Of a DNA stretch of 64,000 nucleotides, positions 1-10,159 are shown one piece after another. Below the pieces are notes generated by a model. That model searched no databases and had not been told where the DNA came from. It worked only from the letters and a program-made list of their open reading frames with translations. The stretch is from positions 74,524,001 through 74,588,000 of the forward strand of contig OZ024741.1 in NCBI GenBank assembly GCA_964016885.1, given 5' to 3'. The position numbers and the translations under genes are program-made. The stretch's first letter is position 1. Each line of letters starts with the position of its first letter. Origin of the DNA: Eledone cirrhosa (Eukaryota).

Positions 1-48
1 TGCTGTCCCAGCATGACCAGAATTTAATGGCTGAAACCAATAAAAAAG
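1..48 (+). mobile_element. 3' tail fragment of SINE family C
   Basis: TGCTGTCCCAGCATGACCAG...AATGGCTGAAACCAATAAAA matches the tail of the copy at 16132-16390 (GCCCCAGCATAGCCACAGTTTAATGACTGAAATCAATAAA). Confidence 0.6.
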
Positions 49-71
49 TTAAAACAGTATACATCACCTAC

Positions 72-177
72 CGACCAATCAATAGTTGAACGCAGATCCC
101 GTTTTCGATAACCATGATCAGCATGGTTAGGATGTAAATAATTAGTATGACTGTAGTTGCTCTTTGAAATTGCTTTC
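72..177 (-). CDS. DGKZ: Internal coding exon of a diacylglycerol kinase zeta/iota (type IV DGK, rdgA-like) gene
   Basis: Minus strand has a polypyrimidine acceptor TTTTCTATATTTTCTTTGCAG|G and a donor TCG|GTAGGT. The 106 nt encode (R)KAISKSNYSHTNYLHPNHADHGYRKRDLRSTIDWS, matching my recollection of human DGKZ RKAITKS...RQIRSTVDWS just before the first C1 domain. Zeta versus iota cannot be resolved; probably the single invertebrate ortholog. Confidence 0.82.
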
Positions 178-984
178 CTGCAAAGAAAATATAGAAAATA
201 CATAATCATATATAAAAAAGATATTCATTGATGAAACAAAAATATAATAATGTATGCTGCTAGTCAGAAAGAATAAAAAGTAATCAAGAAAATATCAAAA
301 ATACAGTAATTAGTAAATTTTATAGCTTGAAAAGAGAAAGTTACCTGTGATGTTAAACACCAAAGGAAAGTTACAAAGATTAGATGAGTTTATCAATAAA
401 ATGTAGGAATATAAAATTTCTTTTATATCTTAGTGAATGAAAGCACTTGAATTGTATGTATGTAGGTATGTGTGTGTTTGTGTATAAATGTTGATTTATA
501 GAGTAGAGGAGACTATTTAATCTTATCGAGGACATGATAACCTTACTAGTGAAGGTATCATGATAAAAGTGCCCGCAGTACTATCTGTAAAGCAGTTGGT
601 TTCTATGGTTGAATGTCCTTTCTAACACCATGTCAAAATTTGGAAACCAAGGCAATGCAGTGAGTGTTTTGGCTTGCCTCACAGAATTTTAGAGAGCAAC
701 ACCAACATTCCTCATTGCAGTGTGTATATACTCTGCCATCTTTTTTATTGATTGTTTCTTTTGTAAATCATAAAAATATAATTTGATACAAAACATGTAA
801 GGTAAAATGCTTTAAACTTTTAATGGAGTCATAGGGGAACCGATATGACACACGTCGTATTTTGGGCATTTTAAACCTGGTGGGGGCCCAACCATCTCTA
901 GGGATGCAACAACTGATTTCTTCTTGAGAAAGAGGAAAAAAAACTGATTGGCATACTGGGCTGGTACATCATCTACCTAAAAAA

Positions 985-1092
985 AAAAAGGAAAACGTAA
1001 CCTCTGTGGGATTTGAACTCAGTGCACAGTGAACCAGAACAAATACCAAAGCATTTTTAATCCTATACCCTAACAACTCTGCCAATTAGCTT
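985..1092 (-). mobile_element. Old tRNA-derived SINE head (family A-related)
   Basis: GGGATTTGAACTCAG (B box, reverse) ... CTCTGCCAATT. Similar decayed copies at about 3310-3500, 22660-22790 and 42595-42710. Confidence 0.55.
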
Positions 1093-1949
1093 GTTGAAAT
1101 GAAGAAGAATATTTTCTACTAAATTGTTGAGAGCTTTAAAGAAAAAAAACAAACAACAGAAATGGTCTAAGAATGCTATCTGGATGAAACATAATTGAAT
1201 GAGTGTGTAAACATAATAGTAGAACACTAAGTTTTTCAGACCATTTCCCCTAATAAAGGAAAAGTTAGACTGGCAAACCTTATGGTCAGATGCTCTTCCT
1301 GTCACTGACCCTTTTAGTCCTATCTCATGACATGCAAGGATACAGTATACTTATTCTAAATTGGATACGCATAATAGTGCTAACAATATAGTGAGCAAGA
1401 GGTTTAATTCAACTCTTAGCATTATGTACCACAAGAAACCACATTAGCAAGACACACTTGAAAATACTATGACTACATCACATTGGAAAGGATAGTCTTT
1501 ATTCTAATACTGCACATTTTCACAATGATCTGCCCATTATTAAATATATCATAAACATTTGAATCCACAGCCCCATTTGTAGATACTTTTATTTTCTGCT
1601 AAATTATTACAGAATGTTAAGAATTAATACTGTGTAGCTTCACTTTTACAAATAGATACACTATATCCCTGCATGTCAGAAGAGAGTTACAAACATGGAT
1701 ATTTTTTATTGTACAGAATCCTTTTAGTGTAAGGGGAGGGTATATCATATCAACTCAAGTATCTTACAAGGCAAAGAGGAAGCATCTACATAGTCACAAA
1801 ACCTGTTAGAAATAGGTCCCCACCATCTTATGGGAGGTCACATTTTATAATGTAGCACTAGATACGCCCCTCATCCCAAATGTGAATACTGCTGAAAAAG
1901 CGTTGTTTTAGATATTTGCTCAATTGATGGGGGTAGCCCTTTTATTACT

Positions 1950-2172
1950 ATATATCTAGTGAAATGCACTGTATTTTAATTAATTAATGAAGAATTTTGA
2001 GGGATTTACTAAAATGATTAAATATTTCATTATTAAGATGGTATTTTTAACATATCAAAAGGTTCTCATCCAAAATTATGCCAGATAGGAACCCATTTAA
2101 AATTGGTGGTTTTGTTTCATAGAACCAAAGGTGATTTTGGGGAAGGGAGAAGATTGGTATCAATAGGGTTAA
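1950..2172 (+). mobile_element. piggyBac-type MITE (family 1), decayed
   Basis: Family motifs GAATTTTGAGGGATTTACT, CATTATTAAG, CATAGAACC; ends GGTATCAATAGGG-TTAA. Confidence 0.55.
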
Positions 2173-2454
2173 TTGATATGTGTATCAAAGCTTTTAGAAT
2201 TGGTACATCATATCCTTGCACATCATACAAATATGTACACCATCCCACTGCACATCATGATAGGTGACTGAAAAGCTTGGTGTAAAGATCCTACCCCACT
2301 ATCTTTGAAAAGAAAAGGACACAGCATATTATATAGTTCTAGATAATCCACACTCCCTGCAAAAAGGACAGTGTGGTTATAGCTGGAATACGTTTGACTA
2401 CAGAGTTTACTTGATAGGAGGTGGGGTTGCTAAACAAAACCTCAAATATATTCT

Positions 2455-2762
2455 TTCTTTTGTTTTGTTTACTAGTTTTCATTAATAGACTGTGGCGACG
2501 ATGGAAGACAGCCTTGAAGATACTATAGTTATATTTACCCCAGTACTTATTTCATCAACCAATTGTTGAACTATTAAGTTATGACTCTCACACACACACG
2601 AGGCTTCAGCTCGTTTTCTATCTACCAAATTTCACTCACAAGGAACTGGTCAGTCTGAGGCTAAATCAGAAGACATTTGCCGATGGTGCTACATAGTGGG
2701 ACTGAACCAAAAACTGTGTGGTTGCAAAGTGAACTCCTTAACCACACAGCGTTGCCTGCATC
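2455..2762 (-). mobile_element. tRNA-derived SINE family C
   Basis: Reverse strand reads GCAGGCAACGCTGTGTGGTTAAGG...GGTTCAGTCCCACT (A/B boxes), then body, GT repeat and GAAAACTAGTAAA tail. Confidence 0.7.
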
Positions 2763-3554
2763 TATTGTTTGTTTGTTTGTTTTTTTTTCCTTATTTCATC
2801 ATTGCTAATCTTGACAAAATTTAAATTCAGCACCTAATCCATCTTCACCACACCAACTCCACCAAAGAAGTGGGAAATACATCAAAAGCAAGCATTTAAA
2901 ATGGGTTGGAATTTCATCAGAAACAAATAAATAATGTTGGATATTAAAACTCTTTTGCACCAATGCCTCTCAATTCCCGAAACCAATAAACGGTAGTTAA
3001 AGATGAAATCAATTGAAAGTTACTCAGCAGGAACTTCTCTTAAGTCTCCATAAAATTGTGGGAGCCTTTTATCAGATCAATATCAAGGAATAAATAAAAT
3101 AGAAAGAAAAATGTGTCAAAGAGAAATCGTCTTTAATGATAATCAATAACCAAATTTATGAGAGAGCTAGAGAGAGAGAGATAAAGTAATAGTTTATTAT
3201 ATAACAACTATTAAAAAGACATGGGTGGAGCAATAATGATGTTTGAGGGGGAAATGCAATTTGTAACCCCCCTCCAACAAAAAAAAAAAAAACAACTTCT
3301 GCTAGAAGGAGGTGGGATTTGAACTCAGAGCACACTGTGCCAGATCAGATAATCATCCTGCCAGACTCTTTAACAATCCATACCAGCCCTAAACTGGTAT
3401 TTTATCAACCCCAAAAGGATAAAGTTGACCTCATGGGAATTTGAACTCACTGCACAGAGGGCTAGGTCAAATACTAAGGTATCTAATCTGACATTCCAAT
3501 GACTCAATTAATCACTTTTTAAACTGATATTGATGTCAAAAGGGAATCTTCTTC

Positions 3555-3788
3555 AACTTTTTTAAGACCAGATTTCTCATAAAAGACAATTCGTGTGATT
3601 TTTAAATAATTATTGAATTATCAAGAAAGTGGAGGGATTTCATAAAATAACTGTTATTATTAAGCTGGTGTTTGGAGCATAACCTAATATTTGTTACATA
3701 ACGTTATGGTGAAAGGGTTTTAGATAAATATAAACACTAAAAGTTTTGCATCATAGAACCAGGAGTGGTTTGGTATCAAAAGAGTTAA
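3555..3788 (+). mobile_element. piggyBac-type MITE (family 1)
   Basis: TTATTAAGCTGGTGTTTGGA, TTTTAGATAAATATAAACA, CATAGAACCAGG; ends GGTATCAAAAGAG-TTAA. Confidence 0.6.
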
Positions 3789-3984
3789 TGATAATCAATC
3801 AATCAAAATTGATGAGAGAGAGAAAAAGAGGGAGGAGGGGAGAAATAATTTTAAATATTAAAGGGTTATAGGTGGAACAGTAATCAACTTTGAAGGAAGA
3901 ATGCAATTTGTTTTATCAAAAACAAGAACAGCCAATTGAATAGGGGGGAGAGAGAGAGGTATTATAAGATGAAAAATATCATAT

Positions 3985-4262
3985 TCTTTTATTCTTTTAT
4001 ATTTTCTCAGTCAATACTCTGTGGCTGTGCCTTCAAGAGATTTTAGTCAATACAATTGTCCTCTCTATTTACCTTATTGATCTTTTTTAGATTAAAAGAC
4101 ACACACACACAATAGGCTTCCACACAGTTTAAAATTTCACTCACATGGAATTGGGTGACTCGAGGCTATTGCAAAAGACATTTTCCTAAGGTACCACAGT
4201 GGGACTGAACCCCAAACCCCATGGTTCCAAAGACAACTCTTTAACTGCAGTCATGCCTGCAC
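3985..4262 (-). mobile_element. tRNA-derived SINE family C
   Basis: GTGGGACTGAACCC (B box, reverse), GTCATGCCTGCAC head, and a TATTCTTTT-repeat tail. Confidence 0.65.
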
Positions 4263-4619
4263 CTAGATTTGTATTTTTCAATTAACATTTAGTTATTATT
4301 TGTCACAAAGTAATGTGAATATTACAATTTAGATCATCATCATCATCACATGTCTTCTATTTTCATTCTAAAATGTGTGTATCCAGCTTTAGAATAAGTA
4401 CACCATAAGAGGTGATTAAAATAGATGGCATCCAGCTGTAATGCATTGTCTCCTGAAGGACCCAAGGATGAATATTATTAAGCTTGTTATGGAGGCCACA
4501 CTGATAACCCCTGCTTTAGTGGGGAAAAATGTCCTTCAGACACATATTTAGTGTTCTTCATTCCCAAATTAAGTTAGATGCATCTGTAAAGATATTTTCC
4601 AGATCTCAACATCATTTGT

Positions 4620-4845
4620 TTTGATATTAGCTCTGTTTGTACTATACAAAACTGTTTTAAAGTGTTTATATTTATTTATAAACCTCCCATTATACTTTTA
4701 TCTAAGAACCATTGTTAAGTTATGTTCCAAACTCCAGTTTAATAATGCAAAAGTTATTTATTTTATTAAATCCCTCCAAAGCCTAGCTTATTTTCAAAAT
4801 CATAGGAAGTGTTTTTTATTAGAAATATGGCACCAAAATGGTTAA
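4620..4845 (-). mobile_element. piggyBac-type MITE (family 1), reverse orientation
   Basis: Reverse complement of the family motifs; ends TATTAGAAATATGGCACCAAAATGG-TTAA. Confidence 0.55.
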
Positions 4846-5050
4846 GGCCTATTAGTTCAGTCCAAATTATTATAATTTCTTTTTAAGACGAGCAGTAGAA
4901 GAATAAAACCAGAATGGATAGTGACAACAGGAAGATTATTTGAACAATAACACTGCTTGGCAAGTCACGCCCATTATTGTTTGGTTGCTGACAAATGTGC
5001 TAGATCAAAATCATTTAAGAATTAACTGGGGTAACTCAAATCATAAATGT

Positions 5051-5111
5051 TTAAACCTTTGGTTACCATGTTTCTAATATGAGACATCAATGATTTACAA
5101 ATAATTTTGAA
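5051..5111 (+). mobile_element. 5' part of a family-1 MITE interrupted by a 2.5-kb nested insertion; it resumes near 7600-7710
   Basis: TTAA-ACCTTTGGTTACCATGTTTCTAAT...CAAATAATTTTGAA here. The family sequence continues at 7599 as TTTTGAAAATAATCATGAATT...TGGTGTTTGGAACATA. Confidence 0.6.
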
Positions 5112-5130
5112 TATATATATATATATATAT

Positions 5131-6448
5131 ATTGCCCTGCAGGCAATAACGGAGGAGTTTAAGACCGGATGCCCATGGGAACTCCTGTATGCTGATGACC
5201 TCGCACTCATAGCTGAATCTATGGTAGAACTAGAGAATAAATTCCAAACCTGGAAGCAGGGACTAGAGAGAAAGGGCCTCAAAGTCAACATGACAAAGAC
5301 TAAGGTCCTTATAAGTAGACGAGAAAACAGAACCCAGATCCCCTCAGGGAAATGGCCTTGCTCAGTATGTAGGAAAGGTGTAGGTAGGAACTCCATTCTT
5401 TGCCCCAAATGCAAACAATGGGTACACAAGAGATGTAGCGGGATCTCAGGAAGCTTAATTAAGAATGTAGGATTCACATGCAGCAGCTGTGCTGAAACAG
5501 CAAGCAAACAGCCACAGGAAACAAGTACCACCAATCTCTGGGAGGGCCCTGTAGAAACAGTAGACAGCTTCTGCTACCTAGGTGACCGAATTAGCAACGG
5601 AGGTGGGTGCTCAGAAAGTACAATAACTAGGGTAAGAACGGGATGGAAGAAGTTTAGGGAACTACTACCACTGCTAGCTGCAAAAGGCTTCTCCCTCAGA
5701 ATGAAAGGCAGACTGTATGATGCGTGTATCCGAACAGCGATGTTGCATGGTAGTGAGACCTGGGCGCTGAAGGTGGAAGACTTACGTAGATTAGAGAGAA
5801 ACGAAGCCTGCATGCTCCGATGGATGTGTAACAGTAATATACGTGAACGACAAAGCATAAATGAATTGAGAGAGAGACTGAGCATAAGAGGAATCAAATG
5901 CTGCGTGCAGGAGAGGCGGTTACGCTGGTATGGACATGTGATGCGTATGAAGGATGACAGCTGCATAAAAAGGTGCAGAGCACTAGAAGTTGATGGAAAC
6001 CGCGGAGTGGGGAGACCCAAGATGACTTGGGATGAGGTGATAAAAGCCGACGTTACCCAACTACACCTCTCAAAGTCAATGACACACGACCGTGACTTCT
6101 GGCGTCACGCAGTAATACAGGGTACCCGACCTCCCATGGGTACATGCTGAAGCATATAAACAATATGCCCCCCCCCCACCGCAAGGTGGTCGTGGAGGTG
6201 CCACGGCAAAAAAGCACCCAGCCCACACTGTAAAGTGGACGTGTAGGCGCCACGAAAAAGCACCCAGCACTCACTGTAAATGAGGTTGGTGTTAGGAAGG
6301 GCATCCAGCTGTAGAAATCAAGCCAGATCAGTTCCTGTATGAGCAAGGCATGGTCAGCCGACCAGACACTGCCCACAACAGGACAACCCGTCTAACCCAT
6401 GCTAGCGTGGAAGAACGGACGTAAAACGGTGATGATGATGATGATGAT
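5131..6448 (+). mobile_element. Young 5'-truncated RTE-clade LINE: C-terminal half of the ORF (5131-6150), 3' UTR and (GAT)n tail
   Basis: Uninterrupted frame with RT motifs LYADDLAL, GLKVNMTKTK and FCYLG, plus RTE C-terminal motifs MLHGSETW, RRLRWYGHVMR and GRPKMTW. Stop at 6148-6150; tail GATGATGAT. GC- and CpG-rich relative to the flanks. The ORF-track start at 5107 is only the TA microsatellite. Confidence 0.95.
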
Positions 6449-6451
6449 ATA

Positions 6452-7220
6452 TCTGTATATATATAAAATTAAGTATCTGTGTGTGTCTGTGTATTACCTA
6501 TAGGGGCCTACATCTTACGACCGATTTTCATGAAACTTTACAGACTCATAGATTAATCATCGGGGAGTGTTTTCTATATATCAGCGTATCATTTTTTTTA
6601 TTCCGGGTTCATTCTGCAGATAAAAATTAGGTATCGAAAAATAAGATTTTTGGCTCTAGCTCCCACATTTTGCCACCCTTTTTGTTCAAATTTTAAAGAA
6701 AAATAGAATTTATCATTGCACATCCTGTAATTACTTTATATTTTGCATTTGTTGTTCAGTGATGGCGTGGGAGCTGCTTAAATATTCAAAAATACCACTT
6801 TTAGACTCAAATTTCCGGCTCTAGCTCCCACATTAATCAACCTACTTTGTTCAAATTTTACACTACGCTAGATCTGATTATTTCACATCTTAAAGTTGCT
6901 TTACATTTTGGATTTTTTGTTCAGGAACGGCGTGGCAGCCGCTTAAATATTCGAAAATACCACCATTTCGCTCAAATTTCCGCCTTTATTGGCTCTAAAT
7001 CCCACATTTTTCAACCGATTTCATTCAAATTCAAAACTCCCCCCTCCATCAGTCACCCGCGTTCCCCAGTGATAGAGGTCATCACCACCCTCCCCCGCAT
7101 GGCCTTTGTGTGGCCACAGATCCATAGATGAGTCATCGAGAAGCAGTCGCTAAGATCAACACCTTTTCATCAAAGCAGATATTATTTTACCTACCCAGGC
7201 AACGCTGGGTACTGCTGCTA

Positions 7221-7221
<1 letters not shown>
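6452..7221 (+). mobile_element. Non-autonomous Helitron
   Basis: Starts A|TCTGTATATATATAAAA with a TG/CTGT microsatellite. Subterminal hairpin TACCCAG-GCAACG-CTGGGTA (7192-7211); ends CTAG|T. Three internal ~170-bp repeats (GGCTCTAGCTCCCACATT-like at about 6652, 6817, 6991). Confidence 0.85.
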
Positions 7222-7261
<40 letters not shown>

Positions 7262-7334
7262 ATTTCTTATCTTATTTTGTTATCTGATATACATAAACAC
7301 ATTATGTCAACTATATTTTGCAAACAGAAGTTAT

Positions 7335-7602
7335 AAAATGATGTAAGTATTAAAAAAAAGATAAAAAAGTTAAATAAAGAAGAAGGGGGAGAAGGGGTAA
7401 GAAGGGCAGATCTGGCTGTATACGAAAATAAAGCAAAGGACTGTTAGGCAACAGAAGAAAAAGAGGGGGAAGGGGAGAGAGTGACAGACTCTATGCCTAG
7501 ATCAGGTGTGTCCTTTAATTACCTATAGAGCCAAATCTGCCCTTCTTTACCTTTTTCCTTACTTAATGTTTTTATCTTTTTTTTTTAATAGTTCATCATT
7601 TT
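7335..7602. repeat. Fold-back / MITE-like element with ~80-bp imperfect inverted arms
   Basis: 7335-7422 (AAAATGAT...TATTAAAAAAAAGATAAAAA...AAGAAGGGCAGATCTGGCTGTATA) is approximately the reverse complement of 7524-7602 (TATAGAGCCAAATCTGCCCTTCTT...TTTTATCTTTTTTTTTTAATAG...ATCATTTT). Confidence 0.7.
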
Positions 7603-8539
7603 GAAAATAATCATGAATTCGGAAGAATTTAGTAACATAACTTTTTCATTATTAAATTGGTGTTTGGAACATAATTTAACAAAGGTTCTTACATGAAATT
7701 ATGATGGTACCATGACAAAAAGCACCCAGTCCATTTAACTAAATCCTCCAAATTCTTGGTTATTTGAAAAGCTGAAGTAGTGTCTTTTATTAGAAATACA
7801 GCAATGAAACAATTTAACACTAATAATTCTATTGACATTATAGAGTAAGATGTCTTCTCTAAAAGGATTCATTCAAATATATCCATTGCCATAGAACATG
7901 AATTTAACTAAATTAAAACAATGATTAAGTCCAGATACAAACATATTTGCAATTATAATTAATACAAGTTATCAAAATTATTAACTGAATTTAGAATATC
8001 AAAATTTTAGCATTTATTATTTTAGCATTTATTATTTTATACTTAAAATAATTACTATCACATAACATTTCTGTCTTAAATGATTTTATTTCCCTTATTT
8101 TTTCTTTTTTAAATTGTCAGCTACCTAAAACCACATTCAGTAGGGTTTTTTTTTCTTCAGATATCTATTTTCATGTTCGTCTCTGTTTTTTTCTTGTAAT
8201 TTTTTTTTTTTGTAATATAATAAGCCTTGTTTGTTTATTTCTTTTCTTATATTTTTTTTAAATTTTCATTTTAAATTGTGACTTAATGCATCATACTTCC
8301 TCTATTTGCCAATTTTTCTATTGGTTTGTTAACTGCAAGAAAACCGTGTCCTACTTTGGAACAATTCCCGATCAACACTGAGTTCTCTTTTACTAAGTGC
8401 CAACTATTGATTTCTGTTGCTTTCCTGGAATTAAAGTCTAAACAGTGACTTTGCAAAAGCAGTAAATTTGTTTCTAAAACGAACAGAACAAAAACCAAAA
8501 TTTACATTCCAAAAGCAAACTATTTCAAACTGCTTTGCA

Positions 8540-8790
8540 TGCAATTGTATTTTGGTGGGAGGAGTTCTCTATTTCTTCACATTTCTTCACTGTATCTAAA
8601 TATTTGAAACAGTTATGCATTTCTCACTTGAAATTCTGTAGCTGTTGTTTACAGAATGATCCAAAGCTACTAGATCATTTGTTTCCAATGTTTGAATTTA
8701 AGATATTGAGTAAATATACAAAGGATTTTTTATTTGGGAAATGTCCTTGCACTGATACATTTTTTAAATGTGTTATAGAAGTTAAATAAA
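8540..8790 (+). pseudogene. Possible decayed L1/Tx1-type ORF2 C-terminal zinc-knuckle region
   Basis: Translation FCSCCLQNDPKLLDHLF loosely resembles the CxxC...DHLF knuckle. No other support. Confidence 0.25.
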
Positions 8791-9327
8791 AAAAAATATT
8801 TTCCAATATAATTTCTCAACACATACTCTACAGCAAGAAATATGCTTTAAGGCCATTTTCCTTGCAAGGTTTAATTTGCAGACCCAATGACAGATTTAAT
8901 CATACTCATCAAGGAATTCTTTTTAGTTACCTCTTATAACACACAAGCACAGAAAGATATGTTGTGCCTATTTGAAAATGAATACACACAAATACTTTAT
9001 ACAGTTTACAAAAAAAAAAAAAAAAAAAAAGGAAACAAGGAGGGCCGGGCCACACGCTGTCCCTTCCCCGACACAACTCTTTCCCCTCGGAAAACCCCCT
9101 TGTTGATGGATGAGAAATCCGAAATATAGAGACTAATAAATCGCTTCCAAGGTAACTCTATCTCATCTTTTTTTATGTCTTTCTTAGGTTCTTTGACGCT
9201 GTCCATGTCTCTTTCTACGCTTCTTCCTACTTCTCTCTGTCATCTCATTACCACCTGATTTTGTTATTTGGAGATTTACTCATTTGCATTGTTGAGGCTT
9301 CCAAAACGACTATTTATTAAAGATAAT

Positions 9328-9510
9328 TGTTTCTACTTTAGGCACAAGGCCAGCAATTACCCAGTGTATTACTGGTACTTTATTTTATCGACCCCGTAAG
9401 GATGAAAGGCAAAGTTAACCTCGGCGGGATTTGAACTCAGAATGGCAAGGGCCGTAACTCTATGCGCCAAAGCATGGCATCCGACACTCTACCAATACTG
9501 CCAATCCACC
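9328..9510 (-). mobile_element. Young tRNA-derived SINE family A
   Basis: Reverse complement of GGTGGATTGGCAGTATTGG...GAGTTCAAATCCCGCCGAGGTTAACTTTGCCTTTCATCCTTACGGGGTCGATAAAATAAAGTACCAG...GTAGAAACAATT. The central segment resembles the Deu/Nin-type SINE domain (from memory). Confidence 0.9.
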
Positions 9511-9668
9511 TCAGAGGCTCAGAGGTTGCAGTGAGTTGATAAGTGAGTCTTTGCCAATCAATTAGATGTTTATTTATTATCATTTTTTAAAGATAATGAT
9601 AATAAATAAACATCTAATTGATTAGCAAAGACTCACTCATCAACTCACTGCAACCTCTGAGCCTCTGA
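9511..9668. repeat. Long inverted repeat: 74-bp arms, 2 mismatches, 10-nt loop
   Basis: 9511-9584 is the reverse complement of 9595-9668, checked base by base. Confidence 0.95.
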
Positions 9669-10118
9669 CACATGTCTTTTCTCTCCCTGCCAATCCTTTC
9701 ATTAGACTGTCTTCAGTTGAACTCTAAACAAAAAATTTGTTGAATTTGCTGAATTTGTTATAATTTAAAGTTTTTTCCTTCATGATTCAGAATTCTGTTT
9801 AGGTTTTCCATACAACAGTAAAGATTTAAAGGCCATTTCCCTACTAAAGCAGGTATTATACCATGTTTCTCTGTAATAGCTAACTGTATAATCCTTTTTA
9901 CCCAATTCCAAGACAATCCTTAAAGACCCTTCTCTCCTATTCTTACCATGTCTCACCATCCAAGCTTCACACTAGCTACCCATTATGTCTAATTCATCCT
10001 TTCAAGAATGTCATCTCTCTAAAATTCCCATCCTGAACCACCAGATTTTTCTTACTGAAATCAATTTACAAATAATCAAATTAAAACTAAATATCAATTA
10101 CATGAAATTAACCAGTAT

Positions 10119-10159
10119 TGAGGACCTGAAAAAGTTGTAAGCCTAACATGTCGTCCTCA
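10119..10159 (+). ncRNA. Decayed minimal (type I) hammerhead ribozyme motif, Penelope-associated type
   Basis: TGAGGAC-CTGAAAA-AGTTGTAAGCC-TAA-CATG-TC-GTCCTCA: perfect 7-bp stem I, CUGAnGA-like core, palindromic CATG stem III and UC site. The core G and GAAA are mutated. Confidence 0.5.

Noticed and set aside
24-209. The 61-aa ORF as a complete gene
   Set aside because: Only 72-177 is exon; the rest is intron read-through across the splice sites.
5022-6376. Minus-strand ORFs of 170, 148, 107 and 64 aa
   Set aside because: Antisense shadows of the RTE ORF and UTR, with no independent motifs.
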